The translations under genes and the position numbers were made by a program. Shown piece by piece: positions 36,166 to 46,554 of a DNA stretch of 64,000 bases. Origin of the DNA: Amoebophrya sp. A120 (lineage: Eukaryota; Protista; Dinoflagellata); the NCBI GenBank assembly GCA_905178155.1, contig CAJINV010000001.1, forward strand, positions 9,135,865 to 9,199,864. The letters run 5' to 3'. Under the pieces are notes generated by a model. The model was not told the DNA's origin, made no database searches, and saw nothing but the letters and a program-made list of their open reading frames with translations. Position 1 is the stretch's first letter. Each line of letters begins with the position of its first letter.

Positions 36166-39113
36166 ATGAAGTCGTGGTACGCGCAAGATCCCGACGACGT
36201 TGTCGTGTGCTTGCCTCACCACAAGGACCGGGACAAGATCTGGCTGTATCGACTCGACGGCGAAAAATGCGTCTACCACGATGCCGAGAACACGCTTGCC
36301 AACAGGGCCAACACTTCTAGTCTCCAGGAGGCAGAGTGCTGGCTTGAGGAGGTGGTTGATGAGGCCGAGCGGGCAAACAATGCAATGGGGTGGAAGGCCG
36401 ATGAGCTGCAAAGGTGGTGTTATGGGATATCCTGCTCGACAGATAAAAAGTTGAATAAACCTGAGGAAGTGCAGAATGAAGTAGACAGATTAGTGGCGGA
36501 GTCTTCAAGGGCTGCCGGGATCGCGCGTCGCGCTTTTCAGCTCATTCAGGGTATTGGGAATTGTGAAAGAGGAAACCCGAGCACGTGGTCAGACGACACT
36601 GAGCAATGGTTTTCGCTCGATATGGCGCCGAAAGCACGGGCAGTGGAAAAAAAAATCGAGGATAGTAAAGATGACCTATTAGAGCGTCTCTCCCAGTACA
36701 TCAATTCGATGGATTTGAAGCGAAGCAAAGACAAGTGCTGGGACGACGCAGGTACTGGGGGATCCACTCCCCGGCCTTTTTTTTTGCTATGAGTGTAGAT
36801 TCACTTGTTCATGTGCTTGACGTTGGTATGTGCGCGAATACTCCCATTTTATTGTGAAGCTTCCGTGTGCTTCTGTCTGTCTGTGAAGCGTGTTTATGTA
36901 TGGAAATCAGGTTCTTCGGCCGCACCCGATCCACCAAAGGATGAAGAGCGCTTGCCAAGACCTGGGAGTCGCGCTCTGCGGGATGGTTTGAAAGAGTGGC
37001 AAATTTCGCACTCGGTTTTCATCAGATTTCCAGATGACTATACACATCACCGGGAAAAATTTTCAAGGGACGTCGAAGATGTGCACCAGCAAATACAACA
37101 GTACTACGGAGACACGGAACTGATTTGTGCCCGCAGAGGAGGAGACAAACCATCGCAATGCTGTTACGCAGTTTTATGCATGGATGGTGTGGCGAAGGCA
37201 AAGCAGGTCGTTCGAGATGATTGGGCTTACAAGTTGCCGTCGGGTAACGGAACGGCTCGGGCTACGAAATACTATGCAGATCCCCTTCCTCCGTGGAAAC
37301 TGAATGGTGGAAAGAAGAATGGCAAACCTTGGAGTGCTTCGTTAAGTTCGACCTCGAAGCCAGTCGCGGAGCTTTTGCCGAACGATACGATGCCGGGTAA
37401 AAATTCCCTTGTGGTCCATCATCTCATGAACTGCTTCGAGTGGCCGCTGGATATTCTATGCAATGAGTTGAAATTGTAAATTTGTTGTTTCAAAAAAACA
37501 AAATAGTTTCACCTTCTGTCGAGTTGTACAACCAAAAGATTGCTGTTTGCGAACGGGGGGTTACCGCGAACACGAAACGAGGTCGGCGGCATTCGAGGCG
37601 GATCATCTTCTTGTCCAACGGGTTTTACACGATATTGTCGGCGCTGCTTCTGTCGTGGCGTACACTATCAAATACAAGAACGCGTCCGTGCTATTCAGTA
37701 CTCGTGAACAAGCAGACAAGGTACTTGCTCAGCGGAATCGTTCTGGGCGACCTGGATTATCGATCGTTCTTCCGGCAAGCAGGGGCACAGTCAGGGTGGC
37801 GCCGCAGGTCGACGTCCCGCACGATATCCATGGGCAAGAAAACAGAGCACGGGATTCTAAGGAACCAGTTGTTGATGAGAAATGCGTCGCGTCTGCTGCA
37901 GAAGGAAAAAATACATGGTGGAACATGTGCGATGACACCACTGATTTAAACCACGGGGACAGCACTGCCAATTGCCCCGTCGCTGCAAATGGTGGCGCTT
38001 CGGACAGAAGCGAATGCATTTCCAGCGGAGAAACACGTAACTGAAATGAATTACGTACTTTCACATCTACTGTTTCACATGCGAGGTTCAATTGCGAGCA
38101 AATAAGTATTGTCGGAAGCTGCAGCACAGCTGAAAACAGGAGCAACAAAAAACATAGGTACCGACGGGGCGCCCACAAGCTATGGTGGGGCGCGATCGGA
38201 GTCCGACGTGTCCGAGCAACCCAGTGCAAAGCGGATCAAACTCGAAATTACGCCATCCGAAGGGACGAGAGATGAAACACAGGACGCGTCCGCCAGTTCA
38301 GAAGAGCGGACGCCGCAAGTCTTCACGGTTTTAGAAGAACGACAGGTGTTCCCGGTAGGTACTGCAGGTCATCGAGCTCACACAGAGCTCGACATGCCTC
38401 AGATTTCATCGCCCGAGGAGCCTCGCGGCCAACAGCAGGCAAAAAAGCCGCCGACACAGTCGGACAACGCAGGAAGTAATTACTCCGTCTCTCACGCTCG
38501 CCCGAGTCCGCTGGAAAAGCAACCTGTTTCACAACGGGGTCCAGAGAAGAGTACAGTGCAATTTGTCGCCGCGACACCGTCTCCAGGTATTTGTTTGCCA
38601 GATTTTTCTTGTTTTTTCGTGTTGGCTTGCATTCCGAGCGGCTGCTGGTGTCTTTTGCAAACGATCGAGATGCACGAAATTACAGGTACGAGCTTGCGCC
38701 CGTTTTCCGATGTAGAAACCAATTTGCTTGCCGTGGACAAAATTCGGAGGAACGTTGATGAAATAGCGGACATGGATAGAGAACGGATGAAACAAAAATG
38801 TCACGACGCCAATCTTGTGACGGCGGCGCGAGAATTTAGAGAAGTTCTGGCTGCAAAGCTGCTTTGTAAAATCTACTCTACACCGAAAGAGAATCTCTTG
38901 ACTGCACTGCGGCATCTAGACGATCGGGCGGCGCGGTTAGCAGAGGAGGCGCGTGGTCATTGCCAGCAGGCGATAGAGCTCACCAACACGTCGGCATACA
39001 ACGACGGCGTTGGACGGACACAGAACGAGAAGCACCGCGAAATCTCTTCGAAGTATGTCAAATTGACGAAGATTGCAGCCGCCCTACGCAAGGAAGAGGC
39101 CGGGAACTTGTGA
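36166..39113 (+). CDS. RRM-like/helical-tail family paralog C (about 5 exons, two RRM-like exons)
   Basis: SVFIRFPDDY…QQYYGD and a second RRM-like segment (…KNASVLFSTREQADKVL). C-terminal exon REVLAAKLL…LAEEARGHCQQ. Confidence 0.65.
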
Positions 39114-39766
39114 GCACTATTTTTCTGTAGTAAGAACTGATTTTCGTGATCAGTGTGACCATGTATTCCAACACCAATCCACGGCACGAAACTCTGGTCG
39201 TATGGAAGAGGTAAAGAGAACACGCCAAGGCGTGTACGTCCATTCGTTGGCGCAAACTTTCCGATTTCCGATTTATTTCTCATCCTTTCTACCATGAATT
39301 TTGATCTCCAGTTTATTCTGCTTTGTCCTAGGACAAAGCTACGCAAACTAGACGCTGACTGTCATGATATGACATTATTTCTGTGCCGCACAGAAAAAAA
39401 ACAAGGGCTCGCACTGCGAGTCCTTTTTTTTTTTGTTCGACAAGAGTAGGTCTTTCCATTGATGTGCTGTGTTTTCGTAGCATTGAAATTGAAGAGGATC
39501 CATGTTGCCCTTCTTCGTTTTGCGGATCAAAACTCCGGCGACTCCAAAAGGGGCGGTTTTTTTTTGGGTTCGCTGCAAGGTTCTGCTGCTCGCAATATTT
39601 GAATCGCGTGCCGTTGTCTTTTTCGATTACATTTCTTTGCACCGCTGCTCTTCCAAGTTTTTAATCACTGCTCCAGATGAATGAGAATGTATTGAAGTCA
39701 TACAAGGCGAGACGCGGAGCAGAGATGTAGTTGCTGTGGGCATAGCACGACCTTTCTCAACACAAG

Positions 39767-42013
39767 ATGAGTGCCGGTTGTAATCGCCCGAAGGGCGATG
39801 GACGCTCTCCCTCAAGCGAGAAGTGTGGCGTCCAGATTTTGATTGAAGTCACGGACGTGGCAAAGTCGTTGTACTACACACGGGAAAGCGGGGAGTACAT
39901 TATGGAGCGGTGGAACAAGGACCGGGAAGAAATCAATGGGGCCTTGAAAAAGCTCTTGAAGCACGACGAAGACGCTTTGCGAGGTGTCGAAAAGTATGTC
40001 ATGGACTCAAGGAATCCGGAGTTCTTGTGGGTACATTTTTACAGGGAGGCCGACCGCAATATGCTGCTGCACCTGTATGATAGTGGGTGCCTCGCTCTTC
40101 TTAATCATGGGCTTGCAACCGCTCATGTTTATAAACTTGACCAGGGACGAGACGTACGATTGCGGATTGTAAACTTACTAGTGGCAAAGCAGACCTCGGC
40201 CTTTCATGCAATGCAACGACTTTTTGATGAAGTAAAGGAGAGGCAGAGTCAGTACGAGCAAAGACCATCACCACGGGCAGGAGCACTCCTTACAGACGCG
40301 AAAAAACATGCGGCAGTACTGGAGAAGGCTATCGGCACGGCAAAGTCAGAGTTACCAGATCGGAAATCGAAGGAAGATGATCTGCTGCTGAGTGTGGCTT
40401 GGGATAAAGTTGCGGCGATAGAAGCGTGGTACACACTGAAGATGGCCAAGTTCCAGAAGTTGGAGGAGGCAGTGTCCACCATCCATGGTACCAGCATAGA
40501 TTATAACGGAGAATTTCGACATGACATCTTTTCTGACTGTAGAGTTGAAGTTTTGCATATGCTGTATGTCGCACTGCGTCGATCCTCTTGTTGCGGGCAA
40601 CATATATTGTTGATGTTCAACTCGAAAATGACAGCTCAACTCCCGAAACAAGGCGGATCGGCAAGCGCGGCGGTAAAAAGTCCGGACTCCGAGCAATTGA
40701 AGATAGAAATTGATGACGGGCTCACTCATAAGGAACGCGCTATGGGAGTTTACGTCCGCTTTCCTGAAGCGTACGGAGACTCTTCAGATGTCACGAAGCG
40801 CGTGCACTATCGGGATAGAAAGCTGATCGAAGAGGTTTTGGAAAGACGTTTTGGTAAGGTGAATCTCGTAGAGTCGGTCGTCGAGGGGTTTAAAAAGCAT
40901 TTCGATTTGGTGATTTTGTTTGAAAACCAAGCCACGGCACTCAAGGCGGCAAAGAGCAAAGATGCCGTTCATCTTGCTGACGCCCGTTCCGATCAGACCG
41001 TGAAGATTGAATACTACCTCGATACGTGGCAGAAAACTGGAGCGGATGAGACCGCAAAATTAGCTCAAGGGAACCCTCCGCTGCTAACGGACCGCGTGGG
41101 CCTTCCGTAGCTTCAGCGAGCTTAAAGAGACCGGCTGAACAACAAGAAGATGGGGAGAGTAGTAACAAGAAGAAAAGCTGCAGTGAGCTACAACAGACGA
41201 AGAAGGACAGCATCGCCGCAAGCCAAAAAGCGACATTGTTCCAGCAGAAGAAAGGAGAACAAGGTTCCCGCAACGAGCAGCGGGGAGCAGTAGCTACTGG
41301 AGCAGCGAGCGTGTCTTCGAAGCAGTCCGTGATTGAAATTTCTTCAGACGACGATGAAGTTCCGGTATTGCAGCTTGCAGCGGTTGCTGCGAGTCGAAAG
41401 CAGGCACGGCAGGCGATGGCGAACCACGCTGCATTGCCTGTCGAGGCAGCAAGTTCCGGGGCTTCCACAGGAGGAGTGTCTCGTGCGGGACGGGCATCAT
41501 CTCAAGGTACTTCATTCATAGTGGAACACTATTGCTTTTATGTAGATGTAGAACCTGGTGGTCTGTTTTCCGCTTAGCGTATGAACGTTTTAGACAGTGT
41601 GATAATGGACCACAATGATGCTACCTCCAGGTGCACCTGTCTTGCCGGCGCTTTCTGCGGATGAGATTCGGATTTTGGATGAAATTGTTACCGCAAAGTT
41701 GCCCACGGCAAAGGATCGCTGCGAGGAGCTCGACCTGCCGATCCATTTCGGCGAGCGCTGCGAGAGCTTGTTAAGCAAGTACCTGGTTGCGAAATTTCCT
41801 GTGGGGAACAAGCGCCGAAAAGCGTACCAGCATCTGTATGAGCAACAGCGCGATGATTGGTGTTACATCGCCGAGGCCCGCCCTCGGCTTAGCGGCTACT
41901 CCTGGGGATCTCCGATGTACAAGGAACTGGAAGCAGAGCTGACGTTACGATGCAAGCGCGTTGAGAAAATTATGACGATCATGGATTCCTTGTTCAAAGA
42001 TGATGAAACATGA
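39767..42013 (+). CDS. RRM-like/helical-tail family paralog D; apparent frameshift at ~41050-41107
   Basis: GVYVRFPEAY…LERRFGKV…DLVILFENQATA. In-frame intron 40488-40634. Last exon 41631-42013 (LDEI…YKEL…KRVEKIMTIM). Confidence 0.6.
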
Positions 42014-42298
42014 AGAACAGGGAGAAGGACGCATGCCTTCAAAGACTGTGATCTATCTATTCCGGTCTCTGTCGACCCAGATGAACGTCCGCGTGATTGT
42101 CGCAAAAGTCGTCTGTTGGTGACTTTTCATGTTGCAGAAAGCCTCACGTCGTTTGTGATTCATCTTGCGTTCTCCATATCATCTTCGTCTAAGTTTACTT
42201 CTCATGAGAAAACTATCAGGACACGCACGTGCATCGAATCATACGGAGGCTGCGATTGAGTAAGTAAGGAGTGAATAATATTTGCTTGTTTTAAAAAT

Positions 42299-42343
42299 GT
42301 TCAGTAAGTACTAGTTCAGTAAGTACTAGTTCAGTAAGTACTA
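42299..42343. repeat. Perfect 3 x 15-bp tandem repeat GTTCAGTAAGTACTA ending 2 nt before an ATG
   Basis: Read directly at 42299-42343; ATG at 42346. Confidence 0.95.
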
Positions 42344-42345
42344 TC

Positions 42346-44445
42346 ATGGCCGCCGGTGTCCGTCTTTGGATAGCAGCAGCTTTGCAGCAAGCATGCGGTG
42401 GATTTGCAGTCAGCCTTCGCAGTTTTGCAACTCCTTATCCGGTCGTAGAAAAATTTACGAGTCCGCTTGGTTCTGAAGTGGACTTTCTGTCGGACGCGCC
42501 AGCCGATCATGTCGCTTCGCGAGAGCACCCAAATTCGCAGGATCAAACAGCCGACACGACCTGCAGCGTTTGCCTCGAGTCTGACGCTCCACTGATTCCC
42601 GGCCCCTACGACTGCAGTCACGGATTCTGCGGAGATTGCCGCACGTCCCCCAGCTTTCTCGTCCCGGCGCTGCGGCGCTGCCCGATGTGCCGCCGGGATC
42701 CAATGAATCTGCGGTTGTTGCGCGAACGACTTTCCTACCTACAGTGCGTCGCGGCCACAACAGAAGACTGCTGGGAGCCGACTTACTTGGACACTGTTTC
42801 CGGCAGTTTTATTCGGTCATCAAAATCCTCAACAACGCCCTGTTCGGGAAGCTGCTTTGCCCGTGGTCCTCGGGAACACAGTGCTGCTGGAAGTAGTAGC
42901 ACGACCTTGTCGCAGACTTCGACTGCGGAGACCAGTAGCGGCACAGAGGATGGTCCCCAGACAGGTCGTAATGGTCCTGCAGCCACCGTGGTAGGGCGAC
43001 AAGCAATTTTTTTGTCAACGACTTCGTCTTCAGAGGAAAACGCTGCTGATCGCGAAGCCAGTGTAGTTCCACAGCAGGAAATTGTAGCGCATGATCCAGT
43101 TCGTCCTTACACGCCTCCGGACCTCTCGTCTGATGATCTACCGCGAATAGTAGAGCAGCCTATCTCACTCTTCGATGCTGAGACCATACCCAAGAGATGG
43201 GAATGCTGCGGACTGCTCGAGTATGAAGACGACGAGGCAGCTCCTGAAGCTTGTCCTGAAGAAATTGGAGTAGAGATTGAAGACGCGCCGGACGATGAGG
43301 AATCCGGTGGGCCGCAGCGTGAAACTGGCATCCCGCTTCCTGTTCTGAAGGAACTAGCCCAGTATGCGGTCGAGTTCCTCGACGACATCGCGCCGTCTGC
43401 ACAGCACTGGGACAGGAAGAAACATGAGAGAGACCCGCACTGGTCTCTCTTCGCGTCATGTTTTTTGCACCAGGACGCGCCGGGTGGAAATGGCGAAACA
43501 GGATCATGCACTAAACGTGACATTGACGAGCTAATTTTCTATCTCGCCGCACTGAAGCTGTGCTTACCATATCCAGACGTGGGACGAGTCGTTGACTTGC
43601 TTCCGCTGATGACTCTGGCGGTACCGCCGGCGGACGCGGAAAATCCGAGCGAGAGTTCTGTTGATCAAAGTGGCGGAGCAGAAGCAGAATCGGCACCGAC
43701 TCTGCGGGTACCGGCCTACCGCGTTTTTCGCACAGATTCCACCGTGGTGATCTACGACTGCGCGCAGCACCGCTATGTACTCTTACCAGAGACGGAGAAT
43801 TATGAAACAAGGCGTGAAACCGAATCGGAGCGTGATTCTCCTCTTCTTGCCAGAGCGTGCCGCTCCGCCGGTGAGCTGCTAAAAGATACGGCCGTAGTCA
43901 CAAAGGAGTTGCTCGCTTCTAGCGGTCCATTTTGTACAGTAACTCCCGAAGAAATGCAGGCGGAGAGAAAGAGACAGGAAGAAGCTGCTGTTGTGAAAAA
44001 AAGCTTACGGAAGGTGATAGCTCAGTTTTTGCGGCACAGCAGCTCTGCGTCGTTTTTTCCTGCTCGTCCACCATGCGACGCCGCCACATCCTCTTCTGCC
44101 TCGTCCAGTTTTTCGCATTGCCTTCCGCTCTCCCACGCCGAGAGGGAACACCGACGGCGGGCACGACGAAAGGACGCGCGCGCTATCCGAAGGCTACTGG
44201 ATCGCTTACCTCTGCGAAAACGGTCGTGGCGGAACAGCGCTGGCCTTGCCCATGCGGGGTTGATACTGTTTGTTTGGACCCTCGTGTCAAGCATTCCCGT
44301 GGCGGTGATGATGGAGCGTCGGGTGATAGCAGTCGTGATCGGCCCCATACTTTTGTTTGTAGGTGGCTTTACCGAGTGGCGTACCAGCTTAGCCAAGCAA
44401 CGGAAGCTGTTAGACGCAATTCAGAGAAGCAGTGAATATGTGTAG
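42346..44445 (+). CDS. Signal-peptide RING-finger (C3HC4) protein with C-terminal TM hairpin, paralog 1
   Basis: CSVC…GPYDCSHGFCGDC…CPMC; HERDPHWSLFASCFLH; LAALKLCLP; two hydrophobic C-terminal segments; intronless. Confidence 0.8.
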   Translation: MAAGVRLWIAAALQQACGGFAVSLRSFATPYPVVEKFTSPLGSEVDFLSDAPADHVASREHPNSQDQTADTTCSVCLESDAPLIPGPYDCSHGFCGDCRTSPSFLVPALRRCPMCRRDPMNLRLLRERLSYLQCVAATTEDCWEPTYLDTVSGSFIRSSKSSTTPCSGSCFARGPREHSAAGSSSTTLSQTSTAETSSGTEDGPQTGRNGPAATVVGRQAIFLSTTSSSEENAADREASVVPQQEIVAHDPVRPYTPPDLSSDDLPRIVEQPISLFDAETIPKRWECCGLLEYEDDEAAPEACPEEIGVEIEDAPDDEESGGPQRETGIPLPVLKELAQYAVEFLDDIAPSAQHWDRKKHERDPHWSLFASCFLHQDAPGGNGETGSCTKRDIDELIFYLAALKLCLPYPDVGRVVDLLPLMTLAVPPADAENPSESSVDQSGGAEAESAPTLRVPAYRVFRTDSTVVIYDCAQHRYVLLPETENYETRRETESERDSPLLARACRSAGELLKDTAVVTKELLASSGPFCTVTPEEMQAERKRQEEAAVVKKSLRKVIAQFLRHSSSASFFPARPPCDAATSSSASSSFSHCLPLSHAEREHRRRARRKDARAIRRLLDRLPLRKRSWRNSAGLAHAGLILFVWTLVSSIPVAVMMERRVIAVVIGPILLFVGGFTEWRTSLAKQRKLLDAIQRSSEYV

Positions 44446-44967
44446 ATATTGTTTCTTCTGCGCGGTTCGTACAAAACGGCCGACAGTTGGCGGGGGGAAT
44501 TGGCGTACCCATAGTTGCTGCTCCTTTCGAGAATAAAGAAATCTCACAGATATGACGAATTTTGTTTTTCGATAATTCTTGCCCCTGGCAGTCTGCAAAC
44601 TCAAAAGCAATGATGGCATGCTGAAGGATCAGTGCAATGATCCAGTCGGCTTAATGGTACATTCGTGTTCGACAGATATTATGGGTCAACTAGCAGTCGA
44701 CCACGATCAAGGTTTGAGACAACTAAGTAACTACGTCTTGTTTTTTGCTTTTGAAGATCTGTGACTACTTTTTTTTGCCTCATCTTCATCCGACGACTCG
44801 CCTTCACGTCTGTGTTTTTCACTTTCGCGATCCTTCTGTATGTTTGATTTTCTTTTGTGAAGATCTTGCTTGCGACGATAAGCCGTCTGATCCGACCGCT
44901 CAATTTACCTCACATCAACTTTCGCCCCGCAGAGCAAAAATTCTACTAGCCTCTCATCCAGACCATC

Positions 44968-46248
44968 ATGAAAGTCGCCTTCGTGCATCTTGACTTGGGT
45001 ATCGGCGGCGCAGAGCAGCTCATCGTCCACGCCGCCCGGGGTTTGAAGCGCAAGGGCCACGACGTCGTGATTTACACCTCGTTCTTCGATCCAAACCGGT
45101 GTCTGTCGGGGTTGACAAACTCCCCTAAGGAAGCGCGAGACAACAAGGATGTGGTCCTCGTTTTGGTGCACGGGGACTGGCTGCCACGAACCATCTATGG
45201 TGTCTGCACGCTGCTCTGCAGCGTGCTACGCATGTTGTGGCTGTGCTTCTGCGTACCCACGGGGATCTTCGACGTGCTGGTCAACGACCAAGTGGCAAAC
45301 ATCAACCCGTGGCTGCGAAAACGAACCGCCGGAAAACTTCTCTTCTACTGCCACTTCCCGGACCTGCTCCTCTGCGTCGAGCGGTCGAGTTATCTCAAAC
45401 GGGCCTATCGAGCGGTGTTCGATCGCTGGGAGCGGGAGACCACGGCGGCGTGCGACATTCTCTGCGTGAACAGCGAGTTCACGAAAAAAACCTTGCAGCA
45501 GACCTTTCCGGCGGAGTTCGCGCAGATAGAAACACACGTCTTGTACCCGCCTGTGGATTTAGCCGAGGTGGACCAACACAGAGCGGCAGTGACAACTGCA
45601 GGCGTTGACAAAGCAAATCCGAGCCCTAATCGGTTGTCAAAGCACAACTTCTTCGTCTCCCTAAACCGCTACGAGCGGAAAAAGGAAGTGGAGCTCGCGC
45701 TGGACGCCTTTTGCATTCTGCGCAAAAAGTTTCCGAAGGAGGCGGAAGACAAGGTCCTCGTCGTTGCGGGGGGTTACGACGTCCGGGTACCTGAAAATGT
45801 GGAGTACGAACGGGAGCTGCAGGTGCGGGCGGAGGAGCTGGGTATTCAGAGATCGGTAATCTTCCTCCGCAGTGTGCCCACGGACTGTCGGTGGTGGCTC
45901 CTGGAGAACGCGCTGGCGCTGATCTACACTCCGAAAAACGAGCATTTCGGCATCGTGCCGATCGAGGCCATGGCGCTCGGGACATTTGTAATCGCGAGCA
46001 ACACCGGGGGGCCGCGGGAGTCGGTCGCAGACGTGGGCGGGCAGTTGGTGGAGCACCACGCACCCGGGTTTTTCGAGGGGATGCGGCGCGCGCTGTTTCT
46101 CACTGGCGCGGAGCGGGTGGAGGTCGGGAAGAAGACGGTAGCGCGGGTGGAAGAGAAGTTTTCGTTGACGTCATTTACGTCGAAGTTGGACGAATTGATA
46201 GCGCTTGAAACCAGATCTTCCGTTGCGAAGCGGAAGAAGGAAAATTAA
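44968..46248 (+). CDS. ALG2: Alpha-1,3/1,6-mannosyltransferase ALG2 (GT4)
   Basis: HLDLGIGGAEQL, FYCHFPD, NSEFT, VLYP, SLNRYERKK, GGYD.RV.ENVEY, YTP.NEHFGIVPIEAM motifs. Confidence 0.97.
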   Translation: MKVAFVHLDLGIGGAEQLIVHAARGLKRKGHDVVIYTSFFDPNRCLSGLTNSPKEARDNKDVVLVLVHGDWLPRTIYGVCTLLCSVLRMLWLCFCVPTGIFDVLVNDQVANINPWLRKRTAGKLLFYCHFPDLLLCVERSSYLKRAYRAVFDRWERETTAACDILCVNSEFTKKTLQQTFPAEFAQIETHVLYPPVDLAEVDQHRAAVTTAGVDKANPSPNRLSKHNFFVSLNRYERKKEVELALDAFCILRKKFPKEAEDKVLVVAGGYDVRVPENVEYERELQVRAEELGIQRSVIFLRSVPTDCRWWLLENALALIYTPKNEHFGIVPIEAMALGTFVIASNTGGPRESVADVGGQLVEHHAPGFFEGMRRALFLTGAERVEVGKKTVARVEEKFSLTSFTSKLDELIALETRSSVAKRKKEN

Positions 46249-46554
46249 CGAAGCGACAGAATGCATTGAACTTGACCTGGCAAATATGCTGTTTGGGAAT
46301 AAAGAATTATCAACGGTCTACAAGTTAGTAGTGGAGAAGGGTGGTGCGCGTAATGCCAAAAACATTTTCCTGTTCTCGATGACCGTACGAATCCGAACTG
46401 AACATACGGATGCAATTTTACACAGTTTTTCGTCGCGCCAAGCAGTACCCGGGTTTTACGCGACATGGACGGATTTGTTTTTCCCAAGGGTGGTAGGACA
46501 CCGAGTTTCGCTTTCTGAAATGCACTAATCGCCGACTTTGTGTGGCAGTGATTC

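Noticed and set aside
42299-42343. Short repeats as a CRISPR array (also 9319-9409 and 58510-58863)
   Set aside because: No unique spacers, no cas genes, eukaryotic context.
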